A stretch of 63,889 nt of DNA, the filler included, from Circinaria calcarea (Eukaryota): assembly GCA_051942165.1 (NCBI GenBank). It is 3 parts of 3 records of this genome, joined end to end, with 100 filler letters (N's around TTAATTAATTAA, not from the genome) between each part and the next. Parts side by side here need not be neighbours in the genome. Positions count along the whole stretch, not along the records: positions 42,715 to 63,889 come from JAVECS010000148.1; 2 more parts are not named here. The stretch is one strand, 5' to 3'. A program made the translations under genes and the position numbers. The notes under the pieces were generated by a model. The model was given only the letters and a program-made list of their open reading frames with translations. It was not told where the DNA came from and did no database searches. Positions 56,769 through 63,889 of this stretch are shown piece by piece (position 1 is the first letter of the stretch; each line of letters opens with the position of its first letter).

Positions 56769-57581
56769 ATGACCGACGACCCGTACGTCCTCGGTCGGAG
56801 CTACTCTGCCTCGTCGCGCTTAAACTATCAATTCTATCTATGGAAGAACACACTGAAGTTCAACTTGCATCCCAGGATACCCTCACCTCAACCTAATGCT
56901 AGAATCGCAGACATCGCCACCGGAACCGGGATTTGGCTTCTTGATCTTGCTCAAGAGGTGCCCGAAACGGTTCAAATGGATGGCATGGACATCACCCTGT
57001 CTCAGGCTCCACCGAAGGAATGGCTCCCCTCGAACATCAGAATGAGAACTTGGAACATGTTCGAGGCCGTCCCGGAAAATCTCATCGGACAATTTGACAT
57101 TGTCCATGTCCGCCTCGTCCTTCTCGTTATTCCAGACAACAACCCGGTACCGGTGATACAGAATCTAGCGACGATGTTGAAGCCGGGTGGCTATCTCCAG
57201 TGGGATGAGCAAAGCAGCTTCGAACACCGTGTCTTGACCGTCAGCCCCTCCCTACCGACCGGCGCACTTCAGCAGATGCACAAGCTCATGGATGGACATG
57301 GGAGACTCGAGTGGACGTTACAGCTTCCGACCTCGATGAACGAGAATGGCTTTGAACACGCAGAGATCTATTCCTACCAGGATAGTATCTATTTGGCGAA
57401 AGCTCACAGCGACATGCTTCTTGTTATGCTGGAGGAATTCGCGGCTGGGATAGCAAAGAGCAAGGGAGAGGCAGAGGCGGGGAAGGTGCAGGAGCTGATC
57501 CAGCGCGTCTACCAGGAGTCACAAGGAGGAGCTGCATTGTCTGTGCCGAAGATTGTTTGTGTAGCTAGAAAAAAAGAATGA
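56769..57581 (+). CDS. Class I SAM-dependent methyltransferase (LaeA/UMTA-like fungal family)
   Basis: YVLGR....SRLNYQ, motif I IADIATGTGIW, GMDIT, FDIVHVRL and LKPGGYLQWDE. Intronless, 270 aa. Confidence 0.9.
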   Translation: MTDDPYVLGRSYSASSRLNYQFYLWKNTLKFNLHPRIPSPQPNARIADIATGTGIWLLDLAQEVPETVQMDGMDITLSQAPPKEWLPSNIRMRTWNMFEAVPENLIGQFDIVHVRLVLLVIPDNNPVPVIQNLATMLKPGGYLQWDEQSSFEHRVLTVSPSLPTGALQQMHKLMDGHGRLEWTLQLPTSMNENGFEHAEIYSYQDSIYLAKAHSDMLLVMLEEFAAGIAKSKGEAEAGKVQELIQRVYQESQGGAALSVPKIVCVARKKE

Positions 57582-57780
57582 GATTCTTAAAAGGTGGGTA
57601 GATACTCGGCCTAGGCTAGTAAAGCCGCCATGCCGAGCAAAGCAAGTACAAGTTTTCCACTTGGATTCTGTTTAGGCAGAAGTAACCTTTAATTACCATC
57701 ACTTCGGCGTTACGATTCCTACAATATCAAGAACTTCATTTCAATCTCACGCTTTTCAAATGGACATTATCCCATTTAAT

Positions 57781-59204
57781 TTAACCATGTACGTTGATGC
57801 TTTGGGTGACCATAATGCCTCCCCCATGCTCTAGATCTTGTAAAGCAAAGTCAGGTCCTACAGCTTCGTTCCGGGCGTACATTTTCGCCGACGTATTCCC
57901 GTTGGAACTTAAGCTCCGGCTTCCAATGAGATCCCGGTCGTCATTATTATCGGAGAATTGTTGGGTGCCGCTTCTTATAGACAAGTGGGGGTTCCGACTC
58001 GAGTTGGTATTAAGTGATCTGAACTTGCCTGAACCGCGCGTTGAAGCCGTCTCCAGCGGGTTGGAGCGATGCGGAATCCCAGCCATAACATACGTCACGA
58101 TTGGCCGCAGCGAAGGAAGACATGCTGTATTGCAGAGAGTATTAACAATTCTTCGGGTGGTAAAAAATGGGTTCTTCGCTTCTGAAAGCGCAAAACATAC
58201 CAGATATAACAGCCATATTCATCTCCACCATAGTCCAGACTTGGACATCCACGAAGTTCCATGTGATATCCGGTGATACCAAGTTAAGATGAACGAGATA
58301 GGTCAAACGGGTAATAGAAACAGCAATAACGCTGTATAAGCAATTAACTTCAAGAACTCGTGGGTTGATATATTTAACATACAGTCCTCCAGTAATGAAT
58401 GTTCCTGTAAGCAGGATCTTCTCCGTTCGAGGTGCCTGGAGATGCCAAATATAGCGAATCGGGAGCAATAGGATAGCTATATCGGTAAGAATATTCGGAA
58501 TTGATTGTCCGTAGAAGAACTGAGTATCGTTCACACCACATGTCGCTCCGATACTTTTATCCCAAAATCCATTAACAGGAACGCATTGAAAGATGTTTAC
58601 GAAGAGCTAAACCTGTAAAATTAGGAAACAGAGCTGCACTCGAATTTGACTAAACGATAACTCACACAAGCAATTCCCCAGGCTGTGGTGATTGCCGCTA
58701 GTATGTATACTGGCAGTCGAATGGTGGAGACGTGAAAAATGCGCCAGTAAAAGGCCAGAATAGAGTACTTAGTGATCGTGATTACGAGGGTATAGCACAC
58801 CTCAGAGAGGAAGAGAACTTCCGCGAAAACGGTTGCTCCGGTCGTTCCAGCCACCTCAATATGTTTTCCAAATCCATTCTTAAGTACTAACGCTTGATAT
58901 TAGCCCCCCAAGCGAATAGTTCAAAAGGTCTTTCCTACACCATGCAACGGAAGAAACGAAGACGACCGATAGAAGAATCTGGTCAATCGATTTAGCTAAG
59001 ATAGCATATTTGTAGTAGAAAAGGACTTACTATAGCTAATAAGATTAACCAGTCATCCCACCAGAGACCCGTTCCAGCTAACTTTCTCGAAGTAAAACGA
59101 AGGGTAACAGCGATGACAGCCAAACAGTATGCACTGATATTGGAGCCTGCAACGCGAGGTTGCTGGCTCGCCGACAGATCGATTCCAGAAATACTTTGCG
59201 CCAT
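57781..59204 (-). CDS. PTH11-like (fungal rhodopsin-domain, no CFEM) integral membrane protein, multi-exon
   Basis: LRFTSRK..GLWWDDW, GFGKH, TKYSILAFYWRIF, FQCVPV..FWD, NILTDIAILLLP and W..VEMNMAVISACLPSLRP. Confidence 0.9.
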
Positions 59205-60293
59205 GGTGAATGCAAGAAAGGCAGGAGAAAACAAAATGCTTTGGCAGTGGATGTATCGGAACTGCACAGTCAAACATAACACAGCCAAAATGTAGGCACG
59301 CGGCTAAGCACCATTATTTTTTACTAGCGAGATAAATTCTTGGCTGTGCCCTCTCCACTATGGTATTGCACGTTGAGATGTCTCGGATTCCTGCGGTGCT
59401 CCGATGCATTTGTGATTCTCGCAGCTACAACCCATCGACAGTGAAAATGGATGGCTGCGGCATGCTCGTGACACTGCCATCCAATGAGAAGAAACCACGC
59501 TCGTGGTTCAGTACACCACCTAGCTACAGAATAAGGTGGTTGACAGAAGCTGAACCACCTCGAATGCATATTTGTTCGGGGATTATCAGCAGCATGTGCA
59601 ATGAGAACCAATCACCACCAACCTTTACTGCAAATACAACCAAAAAAGGCAAGTAAGCTTTTCCATCAATCGGGGCACACCCAGACAATTGGACCCACTC
59701 TTTTGTAAAATCCCGCTTTACTATGGCTTTGGTGACGTCATGAAGAATTCTTAACCGCCAATGAAGTTGTGTTTTCCTGTGGCGGAACGGCCCGCGTGCA
59801 GTTTAGTAGCCTATTAAATCTTCTTTTAATATACACAAGGAGGGTTTGGATCCCTCAGTCGCAAAAGCCTTCCTCCGTCCATGGCCACCTTGTTGCAGTA
59901 GATGTAAATCAAATGGATTATTTGTACAGCAATTTAATTAGGGCGGTAATAATATACCGGCCCGAGCGACGTGTAATAAAGATGTAACAAATAGATTACT
60001 AAAGTTTTTTAGGGTAATTAATCTGAGACATATTCATTCTATGTGTTTATTGTGACTGCATGCGAACCCTCCTGCTGCACCTTGGCCGTACCGCGCCGTA
60101 GCCTCTTATCAACTGAGGTAAATACCTCTACTATGCATGCCTATCTAGACTGCTTCGCCGCGATGATTGCGAGCGCCTTTGTCTGCATAAACATCTGCAT
60201 ACCTCTTCGTCCCGATCGCTGCGAGCGGGAGATTGGGATTGGTCAAGCTAGGGTGGCACGATTCGTTCCGCCAGAGTAACAGCTTAAGATTCT

Positions 60294-60780
60294 TTCATAT
60301 AAAAATTGGGTCGGATACCATTCTGCGCGATAATCAACGATAACCTCCAAAAACCTCGATCGGGTTAGCAAGTTAATAGACGCAGTATTCTTCATATAAA
60401 AGTTGGGTCGAATGCTATTCTGCGCGATAACCAACGATGGTCTCCAAAAACCTCAATCGGGTTAGCAAGTTGAATCTTCATATGAAAATTAGGTCGAATA
60501 CCATTCTGCGCGATAACCAACGATAATCCCAGAAACCTCAATCGGGTTACCATAGCGAGTTGGTAGACGCAATACGTGTAAGTCTACGAGGCAACGAACA
60601 GGGCAGGCAGAGGGGTGTTCGAAAAATCAGTCTTCATATGACAGTTGGGTCGAATGCCATTCTGCGCGATAATCAACGGTAGACTCGAAAAACCTCAATC
60701 GGGTTAGCAAGTTATTGAACGCAGTCCTTCCATATGAAAGTTGGGTCGAATGCCATTCTGCGCGATAATCAGCGATGGGT
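60294..60780. repeat. Degenerate tandem array of ~85-97-bp non-coding units (5 copies, the last partial)
   Basis: Units start at ~60294, 60391, 60477, 60633 and 60729. The approximate consensus is TTCATATRAAARTTGGGTCGAATRCCATTCTGCGCGATAAYCAACG...AAAACCTCAATCGGGTTAGCAAGTT. Confidence 0.9.
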
Positions 60781-61419
60781 CGGGGGGGAGCGGGGAACCT
60801 GGATATGGTTAGTGGATTACTAAATGCGGTAATTCTATTTTTAGTACCGCTTGGGATCTTTGAGTTGCAAGGGGGGAATGCATCCTCCCAACTTTTTCAT
60901 ATCCGAATCATGCCTGATGCGATTCTGCGGGTCCGAACATTTTAAACGATGAAGTTGGAAAGCCCTCTATCGGGTTTATGGTAGCGAGTCACTACTCCGT
61001 AATTCTATCTGTTAGGACTTCATGGGGGGAAGAGAGTCACATTCTAAATAGGAGCTTGGGATTGAAATTATGTATTTGCTACAGTCTATCGCGCGGGATA
61101 ATCTAAACGAATTCGAGCGAAACGTCTCTGTTATCTAGTTGTTTCTACTCTAAACCTCTAAGTACTCCTAACTACAGCCGCAGTTGATAGTAAGTATTTC
61201 AAGCTGGCGGGAGTTTCTTTTTTGGAAGGTGTTGATGACAAAGACACCAGGCCGGAAGTCTCAGGCGCTTGTTGAAGAAGAAGAAGTAACGCCGGTCATC
61301 TTAAATAGTGTTACCTAGTATAGCTGATGAGTGTGAACCCAATGACACTTTACCGCCGACCCAAAACCTAATACTAGGCGCAGACCTTAAGTCCTGCTGC
61401 CGTTCAAAGAAATAGATGA

Positions 61420-62526
61420 TTACTGCCTCGAAAGCGTGATACTCACATGGCGTGGAAGTGCGTGTGTGCCACCAAAGGCGGTGAACTCATTCCGTTCTAT
61501 TCCTCGAACATTGACCCTTCCAGCTAGTGGACCTCCAGCATGAGCTCTGCCGCCACGTGATAGTCGTCGTGGATGCTTAACGCATTCGTCAATCAGAGCA
61601 GACAAAGCCGCTGTAATCTGAGACCATGTAAGAACGATATCGGTCGTGGCGGTGATTGCAACCTTGCACGTTTTATAAACGACGGTTTTGACTGCGAACC
61701 CGGGTCCCACGGTCAAGGAATCGGACGGGGGACCAAGCTCCGAGTACCTCAATTGACTACAGTCCGCAGGGAGGGGACTTCCAAGCTTGGCGTCACAGAC
61801 ATAGGCCATCCGATCCTTCTCTCGTGCTGCAGTCCGCTCCGTGAAAGCTGCCCACCAGGCAAAACTAGAGCCTCGACTCATCCGACCGGCCCAGGAAGAA
61901 AGTTTTCTGGCACCGACCAGGTTGCCGGCCTGCAACATCCCGTCCGAGAGAGCTTCTGCAACCGAAGGATCCACGTAGCCCGGGTTACGGTCACGCACGC
62001 GATTCTTCTCGTTATCGTGGTCAAGCTGGGATACGGTGACGGTTACAAACACCGAATCAACCGGCCACGGCCCAAGGGATATTTGTGCATACGTTGTTGT
62101 GCTGTCCGTAATCCAATCAACCATGCTACTTAGCGAGATGGTAGCAAATCCACCCCAAGTAGTCGGCGTCACGCATTGACTGATAATCCAGCTTGCCGCA
62201 TTGCGGAGAACGTCTGGCGGCCAAGAAATATGTCCATCCATGGCGGCACCGTTGTCGGGATAGGCGTATGCAACTTTTACCTGGCAGCCACCCCATTGAA
62301 TCGTTGTTGGTAAACTATAAGGCAAGTGATCGCGGTCGTATGTTATGAAGGTACTACCTGTTGGTAAACGGCCAGCGGCTTGGATGCATGATAAAGGCGA
62401 GAGACGGTCTCCATAGAAAGGATCGCAGAGGTGAAAGTCCGGTGGTGGAAGCGGTACAGGAACCGGCAAAGGAGTCCAGACTGCGGTTGCACCGAGAAGA
62501 GGCATGCCCAATATTGAGTAAGCCAA
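61420..62526 (-). CDS. Putative secreted protein with two related Cys-patterned domains; start codon uncertain
   Basis: 368-codon intronless ORF with a hydrophobic N-terminus and Pro-rich linker. The pattern C..G..(L/P)..C...C.V...W...(I/L)I..CV...GG occurs twice. Confidence 0.7.
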   Translation of the reverse strand: MAYSILGMPLLGATAVWTPLPVPVPLPPPDFHLCDPFYGDRLSPLSCIQAAGRLPTGSTFITYDRDHLPYSLPTTIQWGGCQVKVAYAYPDNGAAMDGHISWPPDVLRNAASWIISQCVTPTTWGGFATISLSSMVDWITDSTTTYAQISLGPWPVDSVFVTVTVSQLDHDNEKNRVRDRNPGYVDPSVAEALSDGMLQAGNLVGARKLSSWAGRMSRGSSFAWWAAFTERTAAREKDRMAYVCDAKLGSPLPADCSQLRYSELGPPSDSLTVGPGFAVKTVVYKTCKVAITATTDIVLTWSQITAALSALIDECVKHPRRLSRGGRAHAGGPLAGRVNVRGIERNEFTAFGGTHALPRHVSITLSRQ

Positions 62527-63889
62527 TCATGTGAAAGAGATAAAGGCTTTTGCCCCGACAATGGAGGCTATGGCTGGTTTCTCAGGACCAGCGATCCATT
62601 TAAGTTGTGCCCAATGAGAATTGCTGACGGTTTGCATATGTCAGACTGTCAGACCCGCTCTAAGATATGTCATTGCGTTGGTGTTTTACGTATATGAGAT
62701 TTCCAGGGCGAATCGGGTCATTGTTCGCCAAAGGTCGGAGGTGTCTCCGATTTATAGTTATCATAGAAGCGCTCTTCACTGCGAACGTTGGCATCCGTTT
62801 CAGTCATCCAACTCCTACAGTTTCGTCATTTAGAGAAGAATGCTAGCACTCGCAAATCAGCATCGCCAATTGACTAACCAGTCGTAGCAGATATATCCGT
62901 TGCAAGCTTCCTTGTCATTGGGGGCTGTGCAGAGTCCCGTGTTTCGGCGGGAGTACGGATAGAGTTGTAATAAACAAGAAATGTAGCAATGTTTCGGAGG
63001 AAGAAAGCGCTCAGTGATCACGGTCGAGGCTAGAGGGTGGATAGCCATCGTTTACGAGAGGTGAAAGGAGCGCGGTAGTAAGGGGGGCTGGTATGGCTTA
63101 TGGTTCCAGTTAGCATGCTTTACTTCTGAAACCCTCATAAGGTAGCTATAACTTTACCCTGACAATGATTTTGGTAGGGGATTGAGTGTAATTCGATACC
63201 GTACGTTGCCCTAGCCGAGAGCCAGAGTAATTCTATTAAAAACCTGTCAAAAATCCCACCGCTGTGGTGCATAACGGCAGGTATCGAAAATGCAAGGTCA
63301 AGAAAACCTCAATCAGGTTAGCCAGCTTTTTACAGAGTCCCCTATTTTTCTAAGCCAAAAGCATTACTGCTCCCAAATTCCAGCCATATGGCTTCTCTAG
63401 TTCTACTCTTCCCTCTGATCAACATCATATTTCGTAGAGCATGTAATGTCCGTAAAACTAAAATGGGGTAAAGAAATATAGTATAGTATGCAAATGGACC
63501 TTTTCTTTACCCTTATACCTTGAGTCTCCCGTGACTGCTCGATACCCTTTTCAGATACTCAACGCAACTCTTCTGCTCTAGTACTAATCTTATGTAATAG
63601 TTATAAACCGCAAAGTGTCGACCGATTACTTTTTCTATCTCTTCCCAAACCAATCTACGACCTCTGCCTCCATCCTCCTCTTGCGAAACCCCCTCGCCAC
63701 CCTCATCTCCTCAACCTCCCCGAATCCAAACTCCCTCTCATCCTCGTAAAACCACTACTAGAGCCTTCGTTTCCTTTCCATTCCTCCCTTCCAACAGAAA
63801 CCATGACCACTCCATCGAGAAGGGCATACGTATCATACGCAGGAAGTTGAGAGTATATACGGTGCCCCGCCCGGGGGAAGGAGGGGGGG

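Noticed and set aside
60294..60780. CRISPR-like array
   Set aside because: The context is eukaryotic, no cas genes are present, the units are long and degenerate, and the short linkers are related to each other rather than being unique spacers.
63640..63889. Pyrimidine-rich leader and ATG (~63803) as the start of a next gene
   Set aside because: A plausible 5' end, but only a few codons precede the window edge, so no product can be supported.

Overview
Intron-rich filamentous ascomycete (Pezizomycotina) genomic DNA in three assembly pieces. The pieces are joined by 100-nt N spacers carrying an artificial TTAATTAATTAA linker (21304-21403, 42615-42714). The left part (1-19.4 kb) looks like an accessory secondary-metabolism cluster that may be cut off at the window edge. 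It holds an MIO-type aromatic amino-acid ammonia-lyase/aminomutase with atypical selectivity residues, two paralogous CYP7/CYP8-like P450s that lack the I-helix Thr, a DHA2 efflux pump, a PTH11-like membrane protein, and two decayed genes (a methyltransferase and an MCT transporter). No PKS, NRPS or terpene core gene is visible. The middle (19.7-50.2 kb) is a dense housekeeping block: MAM33, SNF8, eIF3c, YAK1, RPS16, ATS1-like, Rad9, an F-box/LRR gene, THI20-like, DBP2, RPL8, STU2/XMAP215, nudF/LIS1 and SOD2. The right part (50.6-63.9 kb) is accessory again: a spliced 10-Cys cationic secreted protein missed by the ORF track, DUF-type genes, a methyltransferase, a second PTH11-like gene, a non-coding ~90-bp repeat array and a two-domain Cys-patterned secreted protein. 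All calls are from motif recognition and manual splice reading; no database searches were run.
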